The notes under the pieces are model-generated. The model did not search any database and was not told the origin of the DNA. It saw only the letters and a list, made by a program, of their open reading frames with translations. This document shows positions 9,422-18,855 of a stretch of 64,000 bases of DNA, piece by piece. Each line of letters opens with the position of its first letter. Within the stretch, counting starts at the first letter, position 1. The stretch lies in the IMG/VR virus record IMGVR_UViG_3300022700_000177, positions 19,929 through 83,928 of that record; one strand, 5' to 3'. The DNA is from a virus. Position numbers and translations under genes: made by a program.

Positions 9422-9952
9422 ATGAAGAGGATTCTAAAAACAAATAGAGGAACTATTATGTCAAGAGAATTAGAGGACCTCGTCCCAAGATTACATGACG
9501 CAGCATTGAAAATGAAGGATGCGTTTGAATTAGCTTTTAAAGATGAAAATATAGAATTGTTAATTTATTGCACATATAGATCCTTTGAAGAGCAAGCAAA
9601 ACTTTATCGTCAGGGAAGGCCCTTTCATGTCATACAAGGAATGGCAATAAGGTTAAAGAAAAAATACAATAGGGAAGACCTGCATGACATTTTATTAGGA
9701 GTTGGCCCTCAATATGGAAAGAAGGTGACTTATGCAGCTCCAGGACAATCCTTGCATAATTACAGAATGGCCTTTGATGCTGTTCCTTTAAAGGCAGGGA
9801 GGAAGCCCTTATGGAGTAAAAAAGAAGAGACATGGCAAGTATATGGAAGAATAGCAACACAATCAGGACTTGAATGGGCTGGAAATTGGAAGCGATTCAA
9901 AGAGTTTCCTCATGTCCAACTTCCAAACTTAGACTGGAGACAATTAATTTGA
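9422..9952 (+). CDS. M15 family L-Ala-D-Glu peptidase (endolysin)
   Basis: YRS.EEQ..LY.QGR, SLHNY..AFD, WAGNW..F.E.PHVQ. Confidence 0.85.
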   Translation: MKRILKTNRGTIMSRELEDLVPRLHDAALKMKDAFELAFKDENIELLIYCTYRSFEEQAKLYRQGRPFHVIQGMAIRLKKKYNREDLHDILLGVGPQYGKKVTYAAPGQSLHNYRMAFDAVPLKAGRKPLWSKKEETWQVYGRIATQSGLEWAGNWKRFKEFPHVQLPNLDWRQLI

Positions 9953-10914
9953 ACCACAAAGATTTCAAACTAATGGTCGATAGTGGGGCACACGGCCTTT
10001 TCACTCACCTTGTAAGAAAAGGCCATAGAATTGATGAATCTCATAGATGGGACTGGAAAAACTATGAATCTGATGCGTTCAAACACTATGCGGAATACTA
10101 CATACAATTCCTGAAAGAGTATAAACATCTTCTGGATTACTACATAACCATTGATGCCATTTATGAACCTGAAATATCTTATAGATGGTATAGATATTTA
10201 AAAGATGAACATGGATTAGATCCTATTCCTGTTTATCATTACAATGAACCTCTAAAGTATTTTGAGAAGTATCTACAAGAGACTGATTATGTTGCCATAT
10301 CAGGACTTGGACAGGGCATACCAAAAGATAAGTATATTAAGTGGGCTGACTCTGTTTTTGATATTGTATGCGATAATAAAGGTGCATTGCCAAAGTATAA
10401 GATACATGGTTTAGCTTTAACATCATTGCAGATTATAATGCGGTATCCATTCTACTCTGTAGACTCAAGCACTTGGGTACGCTATGCTCAGTTTGGAAAG
10501 ATAATGTTACCAAAAGTCATAAGAGGGGAGAGAAGATATGACGTTATACCAAATGTCATTCACACCTCAACAAGATCACCCTATATGTACAATGGAGACA
10601 TACAACACTTTCATAATTTATCCAAAACGGAACAAAAATTTATCTTGACATATCTGAAAGAGCTTGGCATAAAGTATGGCAAAAGTCATTTCAAAACAGT
10701 AGATAAAGATTACACACCCAAAAAACACGAAAAGACATGGGGCAAGCCAAAAGATGGAAAGCGCACCATTGAAGTTATAAAAGAATACGGTGTTTCTAAT
10801 AGGCATGAATACAGATGCCTTGTAAACATGATATTCTTTTGTAGAGTGGAGCACTTTCTTAAATGGCCGAGACCTTGGCAACATAAAAAGAAGAAATTCA
10901 TGAGGATATTATAA
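9949..10914 (+). CDS. dpdA: DpdA-like 7-deazaguanine DNA transglycosylase (TGT fold)
   Basis: DSGAH, TID, PIPVYH, YVAISG, KIHGL, YPFYSVDSSTW; probable start TTG 9949 overlapping the endolysin stop, with a GGAG RBS. Confidence 0.8.
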   Translation: MNHKDFKLMVDSGAHGLFTHLVRKGHRIDESHRWDWKNYESDAFKHYAEYYIQFLKEYKHLLDYYITIDAIYEPEISYRWYRYLKDEHGLDPIPVYHYNEPLKYFEKYLQETDYVAISGLGQGIPKDKYIKWADSVFDIVCDNKGALPKYKIHGLALTSLQIIMRYPFYSVDSSTWVRYAQFGKIMLPKVIRGERRYDVIPNVIHTSTRSPYMYNGDIQHFHNLSKTEQKFILTYLKELGIKYGKSHFKTVDKDYTPKKHEKTWGKPKDGKRTIEVIKEYGVSNRHEYRCLVNMIFFCRVEHFLKWPRPWQHKKKKFMRIL

Positions 10915-11216
10915 TGGATTTGTCTCTTACAAAAATGGATTCCTTCAGTATGAAAGACCCATATACAATACCAAAAAGTGAACTTGTTCTTCAGTTTCTT
11001 AATAAAGGTGGGGTCTTTAGATATAACGATGTTGAATTATGTTTATCAGATGAAGACAAGCTTTGTGCAATAGAAATTGAAGATGATGAAGAGGTACTGT
11101 ATGAATTTCATATTGGTTTCAATAACTTTGTTGGGATGTGTAATGAAATAACAGAAGAAGTAAGGTTACATATGTTCCTTTTTATACAAGAGCCAAGAAC
11201 AAAATCAGATGCTTGA
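10914..11216 (+). CDS. hypothetical protein
   Basis: ORF coupled to the dpdA stop. Confidence 0.55.
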   Translation: MDLSLTKMDSFSMKDPYTIPKSELVLQFLNKGGVFRYNDVELCLSDEDKLCAIEIEDDEEVLYEFHIGFNNFVGMCNEITEEVRLHMFLFIQEPRTKSDA

Positions 11217-11224
11217 GGTACTAC

Positions 11225-11485
11225 ATGACTAAAATTTTTCTGGTGGGCAACTACGATACCCTTATATACCTCCACAAAGAAAAGAAAGTAAAGCGATTTG
11301 TTGAAAAGCTTGGCTATAAGTATAGAAGGCTGGTATCCTTTTGGGACTTTCATAGGATGCCAAATATTATGGATTTCAAAGAAGAAATTATAACAGGAAA
11401 AAAACCAGAGGAGGATCAGGATGAAACTACCCTTGAGAAGTTTAAAAGAATCCATAAGGAAAGTCAAAGTTGGGATATCGACTAA
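11225..11485 (+). CDS. small protein resembling the N-terminal strands of phage DpdA
   Basis: MTKIFLVGN...RRLVSFWD; GAGGT RBS. Confidence 0.45.
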   Translation: MTKIFLVGNYDTLIYLHKEKKVKRFVEKLGYKYRRLVSFWDFHRMPNIMDFKEEIITGKKPEEDQDETTLEKFKRIHKESQSWDID

Positions 11486-12458
11486 GGATTTAGTTGAAGA
11501 ACTCACCCACCTTTCATTCATAAATGGTAACATTGTTGCCTATAATGACAAACTTTGTGTTATAAGCCCGTTCCCACAGATAGAGGACAATTTCAGTATC
11601 AAAGCACAGGATTTCCAAAAGATGTTGGATTCCTTTTCAGATGAAGAAATAAAATTTGAGATCAAAACTGAGAATGAAAAGCATACAGTAAAGCTTTCTT
11701 CAAAAGACACAATATCAGAAATTGAAGTCAACAAGGATTTAAGAGTCATTGAAGAGGTCTTTGATAGCTTTGATCTAAAGAAAGGTTTCAAGAAGTTAAA
11801 AACTAAGGAATTCATGAGGAATTTAGGTCTTGTGAGTTTCAGTGCAGACAAGTCAATATCAGAACAAAACCTTCACTGTGTTGCTTTGAAAGACGGTCTT
11901 CTGATGTCAACCGATGGCTTGCGTTTTTCTTTATATGAAATTGAAGAGGATCTTGAGGGGTTCTTAATTCCTGCTGACTCAGCAAACAAAGTTTCTCATG
12001 TAGAAGCAACACACGTCAAAATTGAAAATGACTGGGCAATATTCAAAGATAATGGGGGTACTTTCTATGCTTGTAGAAATGTAGCAGGGGAATATCCTGA
12101 TTTGAAAGAATATGTTAAAGGGCTGTCTTTCAAAGAAGAGGTATATGAATTTCCAAAAGGTACTCAGTCACTTATCAATTCCATTTCATTCATGTGTGAT
12201 GGCGACACCCCATTTGAAAAAAGTGTAACGGTAAGTATGTCACCAAAAGGACTTGTTATTACTGCAAGAAAATCTAATGGATATATTAAAAAGAAGCTGA
12301 AAGCTAAGTATAAAAAAGAAGTAGTATTCCAGATAAATCCAGATGCATTATATGATATATTGTCAATCACAAATGAGGTTATGTTGAGTAAAGAAAACGA
12401 CATGGCAAAGTTAAGTTCTGACAATTTTACACATATTATGAGGATTGCCATACGATGA
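11421..12458 (+). CDS. dnaN: DNA polymerase III beta-like sliding clamp
   Basis: 345 aa; LMSTDGLRFS, GEYPD and C-terminal HIMRI features. Confidence 0.75.
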   Translation: MKLPLRSLKESIRKVKVGISTKDLVEELTHLSFINGNIVAYNDKLCVISPFPQIEDNFSIKAQDFQKMLDSFSDEEIKFEIKTENEKHTVKLSSKDTISEIEVNKDLRVIEEVFDSFDLKKGFKKLKTKEFMRNLGLVSFSADKSISEQNLHCVALKDGLLMSTDGLRFSLYEIEEDLEGFLIPADSANKVSHVEATHVKIENDWAIFKDNGGTFYACRNVAGEYPDLKEYVKGLSFKEEVYEFPKGTQSLINSISFMCDGDTPFEKSVTVSMSPKGLVITARKSNGYIKKKLKAKYKKEVVFQINPDALYDILSITNEVMLSKENDMAKLSSDNFTHIMRIAIR

Positions 12459-15094
12459 CTTTTCAAAGCTTTGGTTTTGTTGATCCATATTTGCCGAAGT
12501 GCAGTAAATGCGGTCTTAATAAAGACTGCAAAACACCGAAGATGAGACATAGCGGTGAGGGCAAGCTTAAAACTCTCATTATTGGAGAGCGACCTGGGGC
12601 TGAAGAGGACAGAGAAGGTATACAGTTTGTAGGAGAAGCTGGCTTTGCGTTTGAGAAACTTTTGAAACAATATGGATTAAAACTCCATTATGATTTTTGG
12701 CTCATCAATGCCACAAACTGCTTTGTAAAAGGCAATCCAAAGCCCACACGAAATGAACTTTTATATTGCTGGCCTTTGGTTCAGAAAGCAATTGATACTT
12801 TGAGTCCAGATAATATATGGCTTATGGGGGGTTCTGTAATTGAAGCATTTTTTATGAAAAGGTTTTCCACTGATACTTCAATTACAAGATTTAGAGGATT
12901 TAGAATACCAGACAGAGACTACAATGCTTGGCTTTTCCCAATGTACCATCCAAGCTATGTTCTTATTAGAAATTCACATGACCGGCACTTAAAAACAACC
13001 TATGAAAGAGACCTCAAACATGCAATTGATCATATAAATAAAGGTAAGCCTGTATTCAATGATGATTATAAGGATGAAGCACAAATTGAAACTGAGTCTA
13101 AGGACATTATAAACCATTTAACAGAAGTAAAAAAGAAAGCCAAGTTCTTCTTTTTTGACTTTGAGACAAGCGGACTAAAGCCATATAACAAAGGACACAA
13201 GATTTACACAATAAGCCATGCTGCGCTTGACAATAAATATAACACAATTTCATTAGCTTCCTACCCACTTCAATACCCAAATCATTTCAAAAAACAAGAA
13301 GTAATTGATATTAGGAATGCCTTTGCCACAATCTTAAAAGATAAGAGCATAAAAAAGGCCGCACACAATATGGCTTATGAAGACGTGTGGGCAGAGTTTG
13401 TTTTGAAAGCAAAAGTTAGAAATTGGTTCTGGTGTACAATGGAAATTGCACACCTAATAGATGAAAGACACAAAACATCTGGACTCGATTTTCAATCTTA
13501 TGTTCATTTAGGAATACCTGATTACAGCGGATGGCTTAGTTCCTACAAAAAATCAAAGACAGCAAACAGTTTCAACAATATGCATAGAGTGGATCTGGCA
13601 AAGCTTTTGATATATGGAGGTACTGATGCTTGGGCGATGAGAGAGTTATTTTTTCTTCAATTTGATATTTATAAACAGGAAGAATATTTACGAAGAATAT
13701 GGAAGGATTTATTTAAGAATGGAACCCTTTGCTTAACAGAAACTACGAAAGATGGTATTAAGGGAGACAGAGATTATTTTGAAGAGAAGAGGTTGGAAGT
13801 TTCTAAAAAGGCTTCGGAGTTAAAAGAAAAGCTGAACGATTCAGATATTGGTAAACAGTTTCGTAAGAGGCAGGGAACTGAGCCAAATTTACGTTCTCCC
13901 GATGATCTAAAGATTATCGTGTATGATCTATTAGGCTGTGAGTCAGAAAAGGTTACAAAGTCAGGAAACAAGTCAGTTGATCAAGAAGTTTTGGAGAGTA
14001 TTGAGGATAGTACTGGGTGGGTAAAAGAATTACTTGAATACAAAAAATTGGATAAGATTGTTGGGACTTTCATAAAGAACATGCAAGTGGAATTGAATGA
14101 TGATGGTTATATAAGACCCTCTTATTATTTACTAAATACCTCCGGGAGGTCCAGTTCCTCCTCACCGAACGTTCAGCAGATCCCGAAGAGACAAGAACAG
14201 GCTAAGAAAATTATCAGGCGGGGACTTATTGTTGAAGAGGATGAGTATCCTGGAGAAGTAGACTATGGATCAATGGAATGGAATATTGCTACTTGCCATA
14301 CAAGAGACCCCGAAATGGTTAAGTATGCCAAAGACCCAACTTCAGATATTCATAGAGATACTTGCATGGGCTTGTTTTTCATTGATGAGTTTGGGACTGA
14401 TAAGGTGCATAAGAAGTTGAGGCAGATTGCAAAGAACAGCTATGTTTTTCCTGAACTGTATGGTTCTTATTGGGGAAGCTGTTCCAAGTCTTTGTGGGAA
14501 GATATTGCATTTTTGTCTTTTGAGGATGGAACTACTGTTAGGCAGCACCTTGCGAATAATGGAGTTGTTTGTTTTTCAAATCGTAAGGGAAAGAAAGAAG
14601 ATCCAAAGCCTGGATCATACGAGTATCACACTAAGGAATTTGAACGTAAATTTTGGAAACGGTTCTCAACTGCTAAGGAATGGCAAGAGGAACAGATTAA
14701 ATTTTATCTTAAACATGGATATATTGAGAACTTTTTTGGTTTTAGAAGGCGGGGATATCTATCTAAAAATCAGGTAATTAATACTAATATTCAAGGTGCT
14801 TCATTTCATTGTCTTCTTTGGTCAATGGTAGAAACAAAAAAGCTTGAGAAAAAAGAGAAATGGAAATCTAAAATACGTGGACAAGTGCATGATGAAATAA
14901 AATATAGTGCCCACAAAGATGAGTATAAACACGTTATGAAAACTTTACAGTATATCATGACTGAGAAAATCAGAGAGGTATATGATTGGATCATAGTACC
15001 GCTAAAAGCAGAGCATAGCATTGGCCCACTTGGGGGGTCATGGCTTGATGTTAAGGAATTAAGTGATGAAGAGTTCAAAGAATTTGTAAAATGA
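12455..15094 (+). CDS. polA: family A DNA polymerase with N-terminal family-4 uracil-DNA glycosylase and 3'-5' exonuclease domains
   Basis: CSKCGL..GERPG..ED..G..FVG.AG, YHPS (UDG); DFETSG, HNMAYE, YGGTD (exonuclease); DYGSME, AK...F...YG, VHDE (polymerase). Confidence 0.92.
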   Translation: MTFQSFGFVDPYLPKCSKCGLNKDCKTPKMRHSGEGKLKTLIIGERPGAEEDREGIQFVGEAGFAFEKLLKQYGLKLHYDFWLINATNCFVKGNPKPTRNELLYCWPLVQKAIDTLSPDNIWLMGGSVIEAFFMKRFSTDTSITRFRGFRIPDRDYNAWLFPMYHPSYVLIRNSHDRHLKTTYERDLKHAIDHINKGKPVFNDDYKDEAQIETESKDIINHLTEVKKKAKFFFFDFETSGLKPYNKGHKIYTISHAALDNKYNTISLASYPLQYPNHFKKQEVIDIRNAFATILKDKSIKKAAHNMAYEDVWAEFVLKAKVRNWFWCTMEIAHLIDERHKTSGLDFQSYVHLGIPDYSGWLSSYKKSKTANSFNNMHRVDLAKLLIYGGTDAWAMRELFFLQFDIYKQEEYLRRIWKDLFKNGTLCLTETTKDGIKGDRDYFEEKRLEVSKKASELKEKLNDSDIGKQFRKRQGTEPNLRSPDDLKIIVYDLLGCESEKVTKSGNKSVDQEVLESIEDSTGWVKELLEYKKLDKIVGTFIKNMQVELNDDGYIRPSYYLLNTSGRSSSSSPNVQQIPKRQEQAKKIIRRGLIVEEDEYPGEVDYGSMEWNIATCHTRDPEMVKYAKDPTSDIHRDTCMGLFFIDEFGTDKVHKKLRQIAKNSYVFPELYGSYWGSCSKSLWEDIAFLSFEDGTTVRQHLANNGVVCFSNRKGKKEDPKPGSYEYHTKEFERKFWKRFSTAKEWQEEQIKFYLKHGYIENFFGFRRRGYLSKNQVINTNIQGASFHCLLWSMVETKKLEKKEKWKSKIRGQVHDEIKYSAHKDEYKHVMKTLQYIMTEKIREVYDWIIVPLKAEHSIGPLGGSWLDVKELSDEEFKEFVK

Positions 15095-16035
15095 AGGAGG
15101 ATGAAGTGGAAGAGAAAACACTGGAATTGAAGTATCGACCAAACAAGATTGAGGATGTGTTTGGTCAGGAGGAGACAAAGAAAGCCCTTCAAAAACTGCT
15201 ACAAAGAAAAACCGGAGTACCAAAATCCTACTTGTTTCATGGTGATAGGGGATGTGGAAAAACAACGTTCAGCAGATTAATTGCTAAAGAGCTTGGTGTC
15301 AGTGGACTGGATTACAAAGAAGTGGATATGGCAGATAAAACAGGGGTAGAAAATATGCGTTCTATCATTGAATCTGCCCACTGTTCACCAAATAAAAGCC
15401 CTTACAGGATATTCATGCTGGACGAGGTCCACCAAGTTAGTAAATCATCAATGAATGCCCTCTTGAAAACTCTTGAAGACCCACCAAAAAAGACAATCTT
15501 TATCCTATCCACTACAGACCCAGAACGCTTACTAAAAACCATTGTATCAAGATGCCACTCATTCCATATCAAACCATTGAAGATGAAAGAGATGGGAAAA
15601 CTTCTTATGCATATTTGCAAACAAGAAGGTATTAAAACCACAAATAAAGTTCTGAAAGCCATTGCAATGAATACTGAAGGTATTCCAAGAGAAGCATTGA
15701 AACTTCTTGATATGGTAAGAGATTGCGATAGTGAAGAGGAAGGGATTGCACTTGCTTCTAATGCTATTGTTGGGGAAAATACTGCTGGAATTGAAATATG
15801 TAAACAGATACTTGATAATCAACCTTGGAAAACACTATCAGAAACGTTGAAAAGCATTGAGAAAGATACTGATTATGCGATATTGAGAAGGGCGATGCTT
15901 AACTATATTAAGAAAGTTCTGCATGACAAAGAAAATGAAAAACTTTTTGATCTATACGATATCCTTTGTGATGAACCTTTCTACTATGTTCCCCAACATA
16001 AACTATTTAGAGCAGTTTACAGTTTGTATCATTAA
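15091..16035 (+). CDS. dnaX: DnaX (gamma/tau)-like clamp loader AAA+ subunit
   Basis: KYRP...DVFGQ, GDRGCGKTT, LDEVH, NALLKTLEDPP, TIVSRC. Confidence 0.9.
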   Translation: MKEDEVEEKTLELKYRPNKIEDVFGQEETKKALQKLLQRKTGVPKSYLFHGDRGCGKTTFSRLIAKELGVSGLDYKEVDMADKTGVENMRSIIESAHCSPNKSPYRIFMLDEVHQVSKSSMNALLKTLEDPPKKTIFILSTTDPERLLKTIVSRCHSFHIKPLKMKEMGKLLMHICKQEGIKTTNKVLKAIAMNTEGIPREALKLLDMVRDCDSEEEGIALASNAIVGENTAGIEICKQILDNQPWKTLSETLKSIEKDTDYAILRRAMLNYIKKVLHDKENEKLFDLYDILCDEPFYYVPQHKLFRAVYSLYH

Positions 16036-16058
16036 CCGCACAGTAAACAATAAAAATA

Positions 16059-16067
16059 TGCTATAAT
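16059..16067 (+). promoter_or_regulatory. extended -10 promoter
   Basis: TGCTATAAT in the intergenic gap before an AAGGAG RBS. Confidence 0.6.
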
Positions 16068-16089
16068 ATGAATAGCAAAGGAGAAGTAA

Positions 16090-16590
16090 ATGTTTACTCC
16101 TAACACACCAGATTTCTCACTAACTTCCTTCAACATTGACGAACAATGGTACAAGCTTCCAACAGAATTTGATGAGTGGTTAAGCTTTTATGCAGAAATA
16201 AACAACAAAGTGGACGAACTTAAAAAGCAACTGGAAGAAAAGGATGCAGAACTTGATTTGTATTTCAGAGAACAATGGGATTCTTTGTTTGCAATCAAGA
16301 TGACTGAGACTGCAATTTCAAAAGAGATCATTGATAACAAGAGCAGAAAGGACATAAGCGAAAGGCTTTTGTCCGCAAAAAAGAAACAGAACAATGTTAA
16401 AAGTATCGTGTCAAAATTGGATCATAAGGAAAAAGCTCTGGAATACTTATCGAAACTTTATCTTGGAAACTATTTTGTGAAAACAGGGGAGAATGAAGCA
16501 ACAAAAGAAATTGCTGATGGTGCTTCTAAGAAAGAAATGAATCAGAAAACAAAAGATACTTTAAAGCGTAGAAGGGAAAATCGAGAATGA
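16090..16590 (+). CDS. UvsY-like recombination mediator (coiled coil)
   Basis: KMTETAI..I, coiled coil, LY..NYF; next to SSB and RecA. Confidence 0.55.
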   Translation: MFTPNTPDFSLTSFNIDEQWYKLPTEFDEWLSFYAEINNKVDELKKQLEEKDAELDLYFREQWDSLFAIKMTETAISKEIIDNKSRKDISERLLSAKKKQNNVKSIVSKLDHKEKALEYLSKLYLGNYFVKTGENEATKEIADGASKKEMNQKTKDTLKRRRENRE

Positions 16591-16763
16591 TGGAATTCCT
16601 TTATTTTTGTATTCAAATATTTTGTGTGTTATTCCTATTTTTAATTTGTTGGCATATGGTTGTGGATATATTCTTTAAACGTAAAACCCAATTTTATTTG
16701 GAGGTAGCACATGGCCTTAAAAAACAGAAAGAAGGCAAAGAAGGATCTGGAGAAGAGAGTTAA
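16587..16763 (+). CDS. small single-pass membrane protein (58 aa, not in the ORF track)
   Basis: ATGA overlap with the upstream gene; FLYFCIQIFCVLFLFLICW followed by KRK. Confidence 0.45.
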   Translation: MMEFLYFCIQIFCVLFLFLICWHMVVDIFFKRKTQFYLEVAHGLKKQKEGKEGSGEES

Positions 16764-17820
16764 GGAAAGCCATGAACGGAAAGACATGGGCGGTACTGGA
16801 CAGGGTATTTTTTCATCTGAAGCCCCATTTCAGAAATGGAAATGCTCAGAAGATGACCATGAATTGGACTTTATTCCATGGGAAATTGAAGAGGAACCTA
16901 ATGTTCCTAAATACAACGGTTTGAAAGAAGGCGAAGTCGCCCATTGCATTGACGTTTATGTTCATCAAAGTGTTGGGCCAAACAATGACAGGTATATCTG
17001 CCCTCAAAGAAACTATGGCTTACCTTGCCCAATTTGTGAGGAAAGAGACGAACTTCTGGATGAGGGATACGATTATCAACACCCAAAAGTCAAGGCTACT
17101 GGTGCTTCAAGACGTTGTATCTATAATGTTTGGGTACATGATTCTTTGAAAGAACAAAAAGTTGGCCCGCAAGTGTGGGAAGTTGCCCATTGGTTTATCG
17201 AAAAGCATATTTCAAGTCTTGCTCGTAATGCAAAACGTGGGACTTACGTTCCTTTTGCTGATCCTGACGAAGGAAAAACTTTCTCTTTCACGAAGTCTGG
17301 TAAACAGAGAAATACTGAATATACAGGATTGAAATTCGTTGACAGGGATGAGCCAATTCCAGATGAGATTGTTGATAGTGCTTACGCTATTGAAAAGTAT
17401 TTGTATCTGCCTACTTATGAAGAAATGAAAGAAAGTTTTGAGGCAGGTAAGGTTCAACAGGAAAAGAAAGAAGGTACTGAGCCTGAGCCCGATAAGGAAG
17501 AAAAGCCTGAACCAAAAGAAGAACCAAAACAGGAGGAAAAGGAAGAGGAAGAGAATGAAATTACTAAAGAGGATGTAGAAGCCCTTAAAACAAAAGCTAA
17601 GGCCAAAAAGTTTGTTAAGGAGCACAAAGACGAAATTGACCTCGATGCCGATGATATTAAAGAAATGTCATTAGAAGACATTAAGGAATATATCCTTAGC
17701 GAACTTGGCCTTGAGGAAGATGAAGAGGAAAGGAGAGACGAGAAGAAAGAGGAAGAGAAGGAGGAAGACGGGGATGACCCCGAGGATTTCTTCAGTGACG
17801 ATGATGATGAAGCGTTCTAA
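16711..17820 (+). CDS. gp32-like single-stranded DNA-binding protein
   Basis: YVH...CP...PCPICE zinc motif, DPDEG, long acidic tail ending DDDDEAF. Confidence 0.75.
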   Translation: MALKNRKKAKKDLEKRVKESHERKDMGGTGQGIFSSEAPFQKWKCSEDDHELDFIPWEIEEEPNVPKYNGLKEGEVAHCIDVYVHQSVGPNNDRYICPQRNYGLPCPICEERDELLDEGYDYQHPKVKATGASRRCIYNVWVHDSLKEQKVGPQVWEVAHWFIEKHISSLARNAKRGTYVPFADPDEGKTFSFTKSGKQRNTEYTGLKFVDRDEPIPDEIVDSAYAIEKYLYLPTYEEMKESFEAGKVQQEKKEGTEPEPDKEEKPEPKEEPKQEEKEEEENEITKEDVEALKTKAKAKKFVKEHKDEIDLDADDIKEMSLEDIKEYILSELGLEEDEEERRDEKKEEEKEEDGDDPEDFFSDDDDEAF

Positions 17821-17829
17821 GGGGGTATA

Positions 17830-18855
17830 ATGGCATTAAAAAGAAGAAATAAAAAAGAAGAACCAGAAGAAAAACAAGAATCAGCCGAGTTTTTAACAAA
17901 AATACCAATCAGCGTTGAGCATGTTATTTCTACAGGTTCTACTCTTCTTGACCTTGCCATTACTGGGGGCCGCCGCAGAGGCGGGGGCCTCCCAGGAGGT
18001 GTCTTGGTTGAGATATTTGGCAAATCAGGCAGTGGAAAGACGGCAGTATTAGTGGAAACTGCTTCTTCCGCACAATTCAATGGTGGAAAAATTCAATTTC
18101 AAGACCCAGAAGGAAGGCTTGACAGAGAATATACGAGCCTTTATGGACTCAAGTTGGATAAGGATAATTACCACAGACCTAAATATGTATCAGAATTTTT
18201 TGATGCAATTAATAATTGGGAAACAGATCCCGAAGCAATCAATGTCATTGCTGCTGATTCTCTTGCTGCATTTTCTACTGAAGTTGAAATGAAAGATGGG
18301 GACAAGAGAGGGCAGCTACGAGCAAAGCAATTTTCTGAAGGCACAAGAAAGATGGCATTGAAACTTGCTGAAGAAAACAGGATTGTGCTTTGTTCTAATC
18401 AGGTTCGTCAGGGAGACTTTGGAGACATCACACCCGGAGGAAATGCAATTCCCTTCTATGCTTCTGTACGAATAAAAATGAAAGTGGATGAAAAGATAAC
18501 CCCTGAAAAAACAGTAAGGGAAATTAAACAAAAGAGAGTTGTTGGAATTAAATCCACTTGCGAGATTGTTAAAAATAGTGTGGGGTCCCCTTTCAGAACA
18601 GTTCCTATATATATAATGTTCCAAAAGGGCATTGATGACGTAAGAGCAAACATGCAATGGTATAAAGATAACACCAAATCCACAATGTATGATGCAATTG
18701 ATAAACAATTCAAACAGTTTGACGCAGCGATACGTTATGTTGAGGATAATGATCTGGAAGGTGACGTTAGAGAAAAAGTCATTGATCTTTGGGATGAAAT
18801 TGAGACTGCTTTTCAAGCTGAAAAAGTAAAGCCAAAAAAACGGTTTACATTATGA
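17830..18855 (+). CDS. recA: RecA/UvsX recombinase
   Basis: ISTGS..LD, EIFGKSGSGKT, DSLAA, NQVR, TPGGNAIPFYASVRI. Confidence 0.93.
   Translation: MALKRRNKKEEPEEKQESAEFLTKIPISVEHVISTGSTLLDLAITGGRRRGGGLPGGVLVEIFGKSGSGKTAVLVETASSAQFNGGKIQFQDPEGRLDREYTSLYGLKLDKDNYHRPKYVSEFFDAINNWETDPEAINVIAADSLAAFSTEVEMKDGDKRGQLRAKQFSEGTRKMALKLAEENRIVLCSNQVRQGDFGDITPGGNAIPFYASVRIKMKVDEKITPEKTVREIKQKRVVGIKSTCEIVKNSVGSPFRTVPIYIMFQKGIDDVRANMQWYKDNTKSTMYDAIDKQFKQFDAAIRYVEDNDLEGDVREKVIDLWDEIETAFQAEKVKPKKRFTL

Noticed and set aside
9874-9948. N-terminal extension of DpdA given by the ORF track
   Set aside because: It lies within the endolysin coding sequence; TTG 9949 with a GGAG RBS is the better start
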